From NCBI RefSeq assembly GCF_006345805.1, contig NW_021833783.1:863-64862 (forward strand): a stretch of DNA of 64,000 nt. The letters are read 5' to 3'. The position numbers and the translations under genes are program-made. This document shows, piece by piece, positions 13,026 through 24,748 of the stretch (position 1 is the stretch's first letter; the number at the start of each line of letters is the position of its first letter). Below the pieces are notes generated by a model. It was not told the origin of the DNA. It saw nothing but the letters and a program-made list of their open reading frames with translations, and did not search any database. The stretch is from Octopus sinensis (Eukaryota).

Positions 13026-13870
13026 TCACCTGTTACTCAGAGATTGGAGCGTATCTGTGAGTGGCTTTATGTCAGTTAATCGAGTGGCATTTTGCAGGAT
13101 GCAATCTAGTATGCAACAGCACACAATTGTGAATGATGCTCTATCGTAGGCTTTACTTGTGCTTTGTAGAGTTTCAATAATTTTGGAGGATAAAAGGATA
13201 AAGGTGGTTGGCATGTTGTCATAACTTTATCAAGGGTGTATAACTATAGCCGAGGAGAGACGTTTGGCTACAGTAAGGCCTGACATTCAGAGTGACCGCG
13301 AATGCTCTAGTCGCTTGCGGATCATGGTTAATGGATGTGTTATGTGATGACATTTTCATGGTATGAATAACGTTTGTGTTTTCTTATGGTCGAAAGAGTC
13401 AAGAATCGCACACCACCATAGTGAAGGGTTGTTTCGAGGTCTTTGATCATGGAATCGATGTGGGTTTGGTATTTGGTGACGCGGAAGTAGATGGAGGATG
13501 CAGAGTTTGGAAAATTTGTGGAAGAGTAAAGAGTAATATCATCTACGTAAGAGCAGAATTGTTGGACATGGTGGTAAGTGAATCATTGATATAAAGAAGT
13601 ATATGAAATATAGCCAAATCCTGGGACATGCCAGAGTGAATAGAATATGGCACACAAAGAGCTCAGTGAGCACACACCACGCTGATATAAGGCTACCGAT
13701 CCAAGAAACGAGTGACGGGTGGAGCCTATCTGTTGGTAGTTTTGATCGTAAGATGCACGCCAGACATGGTCAAAATCTTTGCTAATGTCGTGCGTGACAA
13801 CAATGCTTTCTCCAAATTTCTCCAAGTCGTGATACGCTGAGAAGTGACTGGATAACAAGATGCGTGGATG
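13026..13870 (-). pseudogene. Decayed non-LTR retrotransposon reverse transcriptase fragment (CR1/Jockey-type)
   Basis: Frameshifted pieces read HDISKDFDHVW (cf. DISKAFDRVW), LLYIND, YVDDITLYSS (YADD motif) and a C-terminal RLTDIKPLTDTLQSLSNR. Confidence 0.8.
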
Positions 13871-14311
13871 TCAATTGAAACAGGGTATTATTGTGCGGTG
13901 CAGACATCTAAATGAACTGCGTAGTATCGTGTAGTGTGTATACATCTAATTAAATAAAAAAGCAGTCTTGTATTTTGTTGTAGCTGCTGGTCTGGTGTGG
14001 CGTTGTTGTGAATTATAAGTCTTGCGAAGTTGGCTTGATGAAGCAAACCTATGATAAAAGGCATTCCAGGTCTGATCATTTTGAGTTTTTCTTTTTTGAG
14101 GCATAGTTTATCTGGGATTACATTTTCAACGTGTCCTCTTGTGGTAATTTAGTTTGAAAAAAATCTATTTGCAATTTCCAGCTGGCGAAAGGATCTGCTA
14201 GAAATTTTATAAAGTAGTGTAAAAATATAGGGTGGGGAGGTAATGTTTTGTGGAAGTTTTGATTAGCTTGCTAGAGTGATATATTAATCTTAAATACTGA
14301 TGTAGTAATGG

Positions 14312-14521
14312 CTTCAAATTTTGGGACAAAACCAGTGATTTGGTTGGATGGGTTAAGTAGATTACTTTGATCCCAGTGTTCAAATGGTACTTATTTTATC
14401 GACCCCGAAAGGATAGAAAACAAAGTCGATCCGGCAGCATTTGAACTCAGAACGTAGACACGGACGAAATGCCGCCATGCATTTTGCCCGGTGCGCAAAC
14501 GATTCTGCCAGCCCTACGCCT
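14312..14521 (-). mobile_element. SINE family B, diverged (tail U2)
   Basis: ggtacttattttatcgaccccgaaagga...atttgaactcagaacg...gattctgccagc is the reverse complement of B. Confidence 0.8.
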
Positions 14522-14994
14522 TAAATGCTGAGGTAATATTATCATGTGTCTAGATAACACGGTTCAATGTTGACGATAATTAACCTCAGGTTACCAATTC
14601 AACGCCGCCTATGATCAAGAGCACTCCAGCCATGCCCACCATCCCACCGGCAGCGCAACTTCGATTGCGCCATTCAATATTTTTGTTTTTGTTAAAACAG
14701 GGTAGGATTTGGAGGATATTTGTCTGTAAGTTCTAAGAGGTCGGGTTGCCGCATAGAGGTACACCTCTTGTTTTACTCGGTTTCTACTCATTTCAGTGTT
14801 TTCGGTGTTAGTGTAATGCTAAGCATCGTAGAGTGAAGTGGTTTAGCGTAGGATAATCTTGTGTAGCACGTTTTATACAGTGTGTTGCAGGCAATGTTGT
14901 AACGGTGTGTGTAAATCAATAGTGTCATTTATATATAGCGGTAGAGTAATAATGTAATGAAATATGATATAGCTCACAGTTGTGGGGTGAGATT

Positions 14995-15196
14995 TACGAG
15001 GTGGTGCTTAAAAGTTCTTGGCTTAGGGTAAAAGAAAATGCAAGAAGATCAGTTAATTATAATTCTATTCAACATATTCCCCTCTCAGATTCACACACTT
15101 ATTGCAGCACTCCTTCAGTTTTTCTAAGCCTTGTAAATGAACTCCAGCCTGGCCTTTCGCGATACCTTTAAAGCCAGGAACTTTTCAGCACTCATA
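14995..15196. mobile_element. About 200-bp mariner-type MITE
   Basis: Imperfect TIRs TACGAGGTGGTGCTTAAAAGTTCTTGGCTT / rc TATGAG-TGCTGAAAAGTTCCTGGCTT, TA at both ends. Confidence 0.7.
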
Positions 15197-15804
15197 TTAT
15201 AGTTGCTTTGGTTTTTAACTAAAATAAATCTTGGTCAACTAGTTATATGGTGAAGGAGCTCCGGTTATTACCATCACATGGCATTTTTTTCTTTTGGGCA
15301 GTATTTCTATGACAACATTATCGAAAGTATCCACTCTTTTCTTTTCAAGGTTTATAGTATGTGAGTCGTGAATGGTTTAGTAGCCTACATTCAAAATTGT
15401 ACGTGCACGCAGACGATTTCTTTAAAAACCCTGCCATAATACCATAAGGTGATGGCATCGGTGCCGAGAAACCAAAATTTCAATTGGTTTTCCTACTGTT
15501 GATGAAAGATTTGAGGAGATTTGATCTCAGAACGCACCGAATTGGAACAGACGTCGCAAAGCATCTCGCCTGAATCTCTATCAATTCTGGCAATTCAACA
15601 CCCTCACCTGGTGCTTTATTCATCGATCTCGAGTGAATGGAAGGTAAAGTTGATCACAGTTAGATCTGAACTCAGAGCGCAGAGAGAGACGAAGTGAATA
15701 CTACAAAGTATTCTACTCAACGCCCTAACGATTCTGCAAGTGTGCCCTAAACAATTTAATTATCAGTTGCATACATATGAATTTGTAAATTTAAAGGGTC
15801 ATTA

Positions 15805-16020
15805 AGGCGGCGAGCTGGTAAAATTGCTACCATGCCGGACAAAATGCTTAGCAGCATTTTTACCGGTTCTTTACGTCCAAGTTCAAATTTTGTCGATGTC
15901 GATTTTTGCCTTTCATTCTTTCAGAATCGATAATATAACTTCCAGTTAAGCACTGAGGTTGAACAAATCAACTAACCCTTCCCCTCAAAATGGTTGCATT
16001 TGTGCCATAATTCGAAAGAA
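15805..16020 (+). mobile_element. SINE family B, old copy; further decayed minus-strand B remnants at about 15470-15745
   Basis: aaggcggcgagctgg...gttcaaattt...gcctttcattctttc...tgtgccataattcgaaa. Confidence 0.7.
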
Positions 16021-17323
16021 ATGTAGTTTCAGTATCACAATAAGTCCCTAGGCACTTGAGCTTTATTCATTGTACTAAACAGTTTCCTCAGCCAGTTTAG
16101 TATTTGAAAGGCCAGTTTAGTATTTGACTTTTGATGTCGTTGATAAGTAACGAAAGAATAAAGAATAAACAGAAATTCTACTTCTCGACAATTAGTTATC
16201 TATTAAATATGCTAAAAATAATTTAGAAACATGCATATTAGATTATAAAGAAAATCAATTATAATTAACGAGTTATTTACCATTGAAATATTTAAATGTT
16301 TCTCTACATTTATGAGAACATTTCAATGGAAAATTTCTACAGTTTAATAATACTAGTTTAGAAGTAATTATATAATACATTTCTTCAAGGTAAAGATCAC
16401 ATTTAAAATTACCAGTATCGTACGATGATGCGTATCTAATAATGCACCACGTTATGTCATAGTTAATGTTCCAGTCTTTTGAATCACACTAATTGTGAAA
16501 TTATTTCTAATGACAATTCTCCTGAACTAGATTTTGATACGTAAGGTAAAAGTAATTCCGACTCTGAAATTGCTAATACTTTTAAGCTACAGCTAGTATT
16601 GTTATTCATTATAATTCTGCTATTTTTTTAGCATATTTGACAGATAATTTATTCTAGTGACTAATGGTTATGTTTCGTTCTTTCGTTGTCTATTGTTGTC
16701 ATCAAAAGCTGAATACTAGATTGGCCTTTCATAGAATAACATATTCCTTCTTAACGTTCATTTAGTAAGCGTTCATCTATTAGAGATATTTTCTTAGTAC
16801 TTTTTGAATAGAGCCAATTTTGCATTAACTTGATAACATGTTAGCACATATCTTCGAATTTATTAATTTTATTGCTTTTCTATACCATTATTCTGTAATT
16901 AAATACGCTGGCACGGTGGGAAAGATCATCGGTAATATATGGTGTTAAAGCTGTGACTTTCTCCATTCTTGTACGTGTTGTCTTATACTCCGAATTTCTT
17001 GAAAATCTTCGAAACGATACGGAGCAACATAAATTCTTGACTTATTTAAATATCTTCACTTCTAGAGGATGTTTCATTGTCACCAAATGGTTGTAACGAT
17101 TGGCTTCACTTGAGAAGATAATCACATGAGCAAAATTTCACCAGGTCTAAGTCATTTGGCGACTGGTAACGTGATCGGACAATTGCCATGCTGATGTGGC
17201 AGACATTGAACCAAGAAACACGTCTTCGACTGTCTCCTCATTTCCAGACAATAAGCCATTCTTGTATGTATGTATGTATTTATCTGTGTATGTTTACACA
17301 TAACCATACACACATATATATAG

Positions 17324-17361
<38 letters not shown>

Positions 17362-17457
17362 ATACAACATACATAAATAGGGAGATGATCTGAGAATCGT
17401 GGAAATGATCTGGATCGTGTGTGATGAAACTGACAAATTTCTGTGCCAGCACGGAAA

Positions 17458-17507
17458 TTTGTCAGGGAAAGGTCGCAGGTCTCAAAGGACGAAAATATTT
17501 TGACAAA
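17458..17507 (+). ncRNA. Hammerhead-like topology with decayed core (weak)
   Basis: Stem I tttgtca/tgacaaa, stem II gtc/gac, GAAA-ATAT-TT (palindrome AATATT), but core reads GGGAAAG. Confidence 0.25.
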
Positions 17508-17679
17508 ATTAAAATTTAAATGGTGAAATTGAATCTAACGGATCTTGTGGTTTATTAAATGGCTTAATAAACACTTCCACGCTGCAATTGTGTGTGTATA
17601 TATATATATATATATATAATATATATATATATTATATATATATAGAAGCTGTTTGTTCTATATATATGGGGTGTGAAGC

Positions 17680-18032
17680 TGGTTCCGGGTTTTATTCTCA
17701 TTGCGTGACACCTTGGGCAAGTGTCTTCTACTATACCCCTATAAGCCTCGGGACTTATGAGAGGATTTGGTAGAGGGAAACTGAAAGAAACCCGTCGTAT
17801 ATATGTATGTGTGTGTATATTTTTTTTTGTCTATGTTTGTCCCTCCAACATCGCCTGACAACCGATGGTGGTGTGTTTACGTCCCCGTAACTTAGCGGTT
17901 CGGAAAAAGAGACCAATAGAATAAGTACTAGGCTTACAAAGAATAAGTCCTGGGGTCGATTTGCTGGACTAAAGGCGCTGCTCTATCATGGCCGCAGTCA
18001 AATGACTGAAACAAGTAAAAGAGTAAAAAGAG
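17680..18032 (+). mobile_element. SINE family A, 5'-decayed
   Basis: ccttgggcaagtgtcttc...gactgaaacaagtaaaagagtaaaaag. Confidence 0.88.
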
Positions 18033-18054
18033 AAATTATATATATACACATATA

Positions 18055-18097
<43 letters not shown>

Positions 18098-18198
18098 ACA
18101 TACATACATTCACACATACATACATACATACATACATGAATACATACATACATACATACATACATACATACATACATACATACATGCATACATATATA

Positions 18199-19471
18199 TT
18201 GGGTTGTCCGGAAAGTTCGAGCCGATTTTTAAAGGAAAGAAAAAGGTCAATAAATACTTACCATTACATTTTTAATCAACCAAATATGAACCGTTTTGTT
18301 GCACAATGCATCTCCATCTTTCCTTTAACTTGAAAATACCTTTTTCCCAGAATTGAGGTGGTTTCATGGCAAAGAATTCATCAAGGTATCTTTTTACGTC
18401 ATCCAAGGAATTGAAATTATTACCATTAAGACTATTCTGCAGAGACCTGAATAAGTGAAAATTTGAAGGAGCAATGTCTGTGAAAATGGAGGGTGGGGTA
18501 ACACATCCCAGCCGAGCTGCGGCAATTTTTGTCTGGGTCCCAAAGAGATGTGCGGTCTTGCATTATCATGTTGGAAAACCACACTCTTCCTGTTGGCCAA
18601 TACTGTGTGCAGTATTTCTCAGAATTAATTGTCTGGTTACCAGGGAGAAGCTCATAGTGCAGAATTCTTTTCCAATCCCATCAAATACAAAGCAAGACTT
18701 TTTTAGGGCGAAGACCCGCTTTTGGGGTGGCTAAGGCTGGCTCATGTCGCTTACTCCAGGATCGCTTTCTCTGAACATTTCGGTAGATAATCCATTTCTC
18801 ATCACCTGACACAATTTGCTTTAAAAAAGGTGCATTTTCATTCCGTTTATAAAGTGAATGACAGATGGAAATGCGATCCAAAAGGTTCTTCTCATTCAAC
18901 TCATGTGGTACCAAAACATCGTAGCAATTTGTGTACCCAAGCTTTACCAGGTGCTCATGAACGACGGATGTTGATTGGTTGAGGCCTTCTGCCAATTCTC
19001 GAGTTGTGCAATATGGGTTATTCTCAATCAATGTCTTGATTTGGTCATCTGTAGTGGATGGTCTGCCTGATCGCTCTTTATCAAAATGGCTAGAATCTCC
19101 AGCTTTGAACCTTGTGAACCACTTCCGTACAGTTCTTTCGGATAAAGAAACATCAGCGTAAACTGCGCATATTTCTTTGGTTGCTTGTGAGGCATTTTTC
19201 CCTTTACGGAAAAAGAAAAGCATCAAGTACCGAAAATAAACTTTCTTATCTTCCATTACAGAATTAACGCAGGTTACAGGAACATAAACCTTCTTCCATT
19301 ACAGAATTAACGCAGGTTACAGGAACATAAACCTTCTTCCACGAAAAGATAGCTTAAACTGTGCTCTAAATAGAGGTTTAGTCAAATTCTATTTTATGGA
19401 CTCAACCATCTTCTAAAATAAGTCGAAATTTAAGCTACTATAAATCGGCACGAACTTTCCGGACAACCCAA
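18199..19471 (-). mobile_element. Full-length (1273 bp) mariner DNA transposon, inactivated
   Basis: 30-bp TIRs TTGGGTTGTCCGGAAAGTTCG(A/T)GCCGATTT (29/30 match; 18199-18228 and 19442-19471) flanked by TA at 18197-18198 and 19472-19473; internal transposase. Confidence 0.96.
18272..19256 (-). pseudogene. Mariner (DD34D) transposase pseudogene
   Basis: N-terminal HTH, ERSGRP, LVPHEL (WVPHEL motif), GDEKW, HDNARPH, HPPFS-PDIAPS; lesions: TGA at the first W of WWD (18681), frameshifting deletion after KYCTQ, 1-bp deletion in SPD, third catalytic D read as N. Confidence 0.93.
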
Positions 19472-19500
19472 TACATACATACATAACTACATACATACAT

Positions 19501-19817
19501 ACGGTTACGACGACGAGGGTTCCAGTTGATCCGATCAACGGAACAGTCTGCACATGAAATTAACGTGGAAGTGGCTGAGCAGTCCACACACATGCGTACA
19601 CCTAAACGTAGTTCACTGGGAACTTCAAGGTGACACAGAATGTGTCAAGGCTGGCCCTTTTTGAAATACAGGTACTGCTCGATTTTGCTAGCTGAGTGGA
19701 CTGGAGCGACGAGAAATAAAGTGTCTCGCCGAAGGATACAACGTGTCGCCGTGAATTGAACTCACGACCTTACAATCGTGAACCAGATGTCCTAACCACT
19801 AAGCCACGCTCCTTCAC
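19501..19817 (-). mobile_element. SINE with D head and the T1 tail also used by family C
   Basis: Right end is the reverse of a D head (gagtggactggagc...aaataaagtgtc...cctaaccactaagccacgc); left end ggttacgacgacgagggttcc...ggaacag matches the tail of 37208. Confidence 0.85.
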
Positions 19818-20041
19818 TCATGTATACATACATATATACATCCGAAAGAAAAAGGCTCTCAGCACATTTAGTAGGAGTTACATGAGTTTTTATCTGAAGC
19901 TGTTTGATTCGACGCTATGCAAATTAAAGTTTCGCAGGCTTCTTCCAGAAACTTAGCTCGTTTAGGCTCATTTTAACGAATGGAGAGGTGCAGGAAGCCC
20001 AAGATGGATACTGGAAAATGGGCTGCTATTTGTCAAACGGG

Positions 20042-20079
<38 letters not shown>

Positions 20080-20084
20080 TATAT

Positions 20085-20424
20085 TCAGAGACCCCCTTCG
20101 TTCACGACACAGACCATGGGATTCACCTAGAAAGTTACCCTCCTAGACACAAGTCCGGGCGAGGGTGTGTTGGAAGGAAGACCCAGCAGTCGCCCATGCA
20201 TACCGGCCTCCCCTCTCCACGCCACCAGTGTATATCCAGGGAAAGGCAAAAGGAGCCGATACAGCTTGGCACCTGTGACGTCGCAATCATTTACAGCTGA
20301 GTTAACTGGAGCAACGTGAAATAAAGTGTGTGTCTGCCTCAAGAACACAACACGCAGCCCGGTCGGGATTCGAGCTCACAACCTCACTAGCTCGACGCTC
20401 TAACCACTGAGCCATGCGCCTTCA
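20085..20424 (-). mobile_element. SINE with D head and a distinct tail (T4)
   Basis: Reverse D head (gagttaactggagcaacgtgaaataaagtg...ctctaaccactgagccatgcgcc) joined to a tail not seen elsewhere in the window. Confidence 0.75.
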
Positions 20425-20445
20425 ACATATATATACATACATACA

Positions 20446-20495
<50 letters not shown>

Positions 20496-20758
20496 ATATA
20501 TATATATATATACTCAAGACACACCACCACTCACACAATCACACTGACACATATATCTGTATTTGTGCATACTTACATAGACATATATTTATGCCTACAT
20601 ACTTTTAAACATGTGAGTTTATGTTTGTGTGCGTGTATGTGACCGTGTAGAGTGCCTACATGCCTGCGACAATTTTTTTTTTTTTTTGAAGGGGATTTAT
20701 TTAATACTGTTATATTTCAGGATGATCATTCTCTTTTTCTTGTCAAATAAACACACAC

Positions 20759-21225
20759 TACGAGGGTCCCGGGAACTCTTGCGAAGTGATGCCTTTTAAC
20801 GCATCCGTCATTTTTTTTCTTCACCTCTTCCACATACTCGAAAACATTTTCCGTTAAGGACTTTTTATTCATCTGGAGAGCAGAAAAAAGTCGCAGGGAT
20901 CAAGGCTGGGTGAACAGGGAGGGTGAGTAGGCTAGTTCATGCTATTTTTGGCAAAACCTGTCTAACACTCAAGGTGGTGTGCGCAGGCGCATTGTCTTGA
21001 TAAAACCACAGCTTTCTACTTTGCCACAGGTCGGAGCGTTTTCATCTCACCGCGTCTCGCAAACGCTTCAGAACTGCCAAATTCTGCGTGGACAATTCCT
21101 TTCACATCGATGAAACAAACCAGCATCATCTTGACATCGGACTTCACTTGCGGCGCGTTTGGGGGCGGCGTGGGGACAATGAATGCGTCCATTGGCTTAA
21201 TTGCCGCTTCGTTTCGGGTCGTACC
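20759..21225 (-). pseudogene. Decayed mariner transposase 3' fragment (second lineage, irritans-like by recall)
   Basis: Frameshifted YDPxTKRQLSQW, QVKSDVKMMLVCFIDVKGIVHAEF, QDNAPAHT; ends at tacgaggg, a mariner TIR-like start. Confidence 0.75.
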
Positions 21226-21643
21226 TTTTTTCCTTAAGTCAAGGTAGCTCTTAGGCTTGTTGTCTTCTGAATTGGCTGCCGGTGGCACATGCGTGTACAT
21301 GCGAATAAAATTTCACTCATATAGTGGTTGTAATTGTTACACAACTGTGTGTGCTTTGTTAATGTTAATATGTGTGTATGACAGTGCATGTGTTCGCTGA
21401 AGAATCTCAAATGGTGAATTTCTTGAATGCTTTACAGTGTGTTTGGACAATGCAAATGAATTTGCTCTGTTCTTTTTGTTTTCTAAAGAACCCTAACATT
21501 TCTATGGCTTTTATGTAGATCTGTTGTTACGTAGTTCAATACATCTATAGTAAAAATTACAAATGAAAATGTATGTATATATGAACATACGTACATACAA
21601 GTTTATATATATATATATGTAGATATATGTATAATTTATGTAA

Positions 21644-21774
21644 GTTCGGTAAAAGACACCGATAGAAAAAAAGTCTTACAAAGAATAAACCCTGGGGTCG
21701 ATTTGCTTGACTAAAGGCGGTGCTCCAGCATAGTCGCAGTCAAATGACTGAAACAACTAAAAGATAAAAGAATA
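21644..21774 (+). mobile_element. SINE family A 3' fragment
   Basis: ggggtcgatttgcttgactaaaggcggtgctccagc...gactgaaacaactaaaag. Confidence 0.8.
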
Positions 21775-21803
21775 TATACATAATATATATATAATATATA
21801 TAT

Positions 21804-21851
<48 letters not shown>

Positions 21852-21917
21852 AAGGTACTGCACGAGTCGAAATATATATGAAAAAGGTTTGAAAATGCAA
21901 TTTTAAAGATGTTTATT

Positions 21918-21962
21918 ACTTGATCGGTTTCACTTTTTTTTTAGAAAAAGATTGTCAAAAGT
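21918..21962 (-). ncRNA. Degenerate minimal type-I hammerhead-like motif
   Basis: rc: actt TTGACAA t-cttttt..aaaaag-t GAAA CCGA TC aagt; stem I 4 bp; three transitions from CTGACGA...GAAACCGGTC. Confidence 0.4.
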
Positions 21963-22570
21963 AAAATGTAAAGCTTTGTATGAGCTTTGTTGTATTAAGT
22001 TCTGGTTATCACAAAAGTATTAAAATACAGATATACATTCTTTGATAATGAGAAAATGTTAAAAATAGTTTACAAGAAAGTTTCTAAGAAAGTAATCAGA
22101 ACGGGACACCAAAACCTATTATCAGTTCAATAAAAATCATGTTTGTTTGGTAGTATATATATATATACAGAGAAGGAGATATATTTAAGAATTTACAAAA
22201 AAATTGTAGAGTTATAACTGACCTGTCTTTCTGACAGTTTGTCTCGTGTGTAGGTTTTATAAATGCATTCGCTCATATATATATATATATATATATTTTA
22301 TATAGACAGATAGATAGATAGATATAGATATATACGTACATACATAGATACATATATATATATATATATACACACACACATATATACATAAATGCATATA
22401 TATATATACACACAGACACACACATAAATATATATGGGGTTTTTACACCTTTTAACATACGAGAAAATTTTCTCCATGGAAACTGAAATGAATTTTCCTT
22501 TAGAAGTTGAAATATGTCACGACATATTTTAACTAACCTAAAGTTCACTGATATATATATATACCATATA

Positions 22571-22617
<47 letters not shown>

Positions 22618-23111
22618 TATATACATACATATATGTACATACCTACATATACATGTATATATACATGCATATATGGTTACAGGCCATCAAAAAACGTCAA
22701 CAAAATGAGAAACGAGAACATAAAAAAAAACAAAAAACATAGAAAACGGACAATTTTTCGAACAGCGAAAGAAACAAATAGAGAAACGAGACAGGTAACA
22801 TAAAAAGCATTCCTTTCATCAGTTGTCCCCTGTTTTATCTACTCCACGTTTCGAGGGTAGGGACAGGACGCTACTTCTTTATACAGTCCTTCTCGCAAAA
22901 CAAATTAAATAAAATTAGTGATTTTTTGCGGAGGGTTAAAGTGGTAACAAAAACAGGACAGTAAGAATAAAACAGTAAAAACAAACGGTGAGGGCCGTTA
23001 AGCCATGACGAGGTGAAGTGGTGGACGCTGGAAAAACGAGCTTTGAGAAGAGACAGGCAAAAGCACGTCTGTCTTTAGGAAGGAAGTGGAAGAAAGAGAT
23101 GTATATATATA

Positions 23112-23148
<37 letters not shown>

Positions 23149-23247
23149 ATATATATATATAAATATATAAATATATATAATATTATATATCTATATATAT
23201 ATATATATATTATATATATAATATATAATATATATATATATATATAT

Positions 23248-23538
23248 GGAGGCGCAATGGCCTAGTGGTAGGTCGCAGGTCGCGGTTTCGATTCTCAGAC
23301 CGGGCGTTGTGAGTGTTTATTGAGCGAAAACACCTTAAAGCTCCACGAGGCCTCCGGCAGGGGGGGGGTGATCCCTGCTGTACTCTTTCACCCACTCTTC
23401 TCCCACTCTTCTTCTTTGTTGGCCTGCTCGCTTCGCCAGCGGGTGGCGTCATTCGAAGGCTAAAACAATGCGAACGCATTGTGACCAGCGATGTGTAACA
23501 ACATCTGATGGTCTGGTCGGTCACGTGATCACGTGATA
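23248..23538 (+). mobile_element. SINE family C with tail T2
   Basis: ggaggcgcaatggcctagtgg...gtttcgattc head; tail ggcctgctcgctt...gtgaccagcgatgtg shared with 35289. Confidence 0.88.
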
Positions 23539-23705
23539 TATATATATATATATATACATAAACATACATATATATGTATGTATGTACGTATGTATGCATG
23601 TATGTATGCATGTATGTATGTATGTATATATGTATGTATGTACGTATGTCTGTATGTATTTATACGTATATAGTAGGTTATTACCTATCTGTATTTATTT
23701 GTATT

Positions 23706-23736
<31 letters not shown>

Positions 23737-24360
23737 CATATATGCAGCTTTATCACATGGCAATTAATTTTAATGTTGCCTTCCAAAAAGTTACGTATAT
23801 TTCATCTGGTGTAATAGTGAGAAAGACTCATGAAGTTCATTGGTGATGTTTAATTAATGCTCTACTTTACTTAAGCTAATCTATTATACCTTTTGACCAT
23901 CTAGTCTTTCATTTTCAAGCATAGTATATCTAGTGCTCATCCCGAGTCATTTTGCTTTGTATAAGATTACACGGTGTGAACTGAGGGACATTTAGCTGCT
24001 ATTTCAGTCAGTGCTAACAAAGAGATCTCTCTTTTTCATTCGTTAAGTGTGCTATAGTGTTCGATTTCTTAAAGTAGCTGTTTCTCTTATTGTATAGCAG
24101 GTGACATAAGCATCACAATTTACCAACCACATTTTACTGCTCAAGGTCAGTAGTAGGAATCCATCCTAGCTGCAGAGAACTGATGATGGAAGCACGAGTG
24201 TGATATATGGTTATCTTTCGTGTGTGTACTTTCACCTTTTATCCTTTCGTAGGGTCGATGAAATAAATACCAGTTGAGGGCAAGTGCTCGTTGTAATTGA
24301 TTTACCCTCTCCCCTAAACTTGCTCACCTTATGCCAAAATTTGAAATCAATATTAAAAAG

Positions 24361-24500
24361 AGCGGGGAGTTAGCAGAATCGTTTCTGTGTCAGAAAAATA
24401 TGTGGTATTCCGGGTCTTTACGTTTTGAGTTCAAATCCTGCTGAAGTCGACTTTGCCTTTCGTCTTTTTGGGGTCGACAAAATAAAGCAGCAGTCAAGCG
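24361..24500 (+). mobile_element. Old SINE B copy (further decayed B cores near 24230, 24880, 25010, 25205)
   Basis: gagttcaaatcctgctgaagtcgactttgcctttcgtctttttggggtcgacaa. Confidence 0.65.
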
Positions 24501-24519
24501 CAGTAATCAATAATATCTG

Positions 24520-24748
24520 TTTCTTTACTACCCACAAGGGGATAAACACAGAGGGGACAAACAAAGACTGACAAACGGATTAAGTCGATTATATCGACCC
24601 CAGTGCGTAACTGGTCCTTAATTTATCGACCCCGAAAGGATGAAAGAGAAAGTCGACCTCGGCGGAATTTGAACTCAGAACGCAACGACAGACGCAATAC
24701 CGCTAAGCATTTCGCCCGGCGTGCTAACGGTTCCGCCAGCTCGCCGCC
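24520..24748 (-). mobile_element. SINE family B, full-length (tail U1)
   Basis: tttctttactacccacaaggg...gccagctcgccgcc, reverse complement of 2091. Confidence 0.92.

Noticed and set aside
16880-17260. Open stretches of 40-65 codons on both strands in unique AT-rich DNA
   Set aside because: No motif, start codon or consistent splice signals
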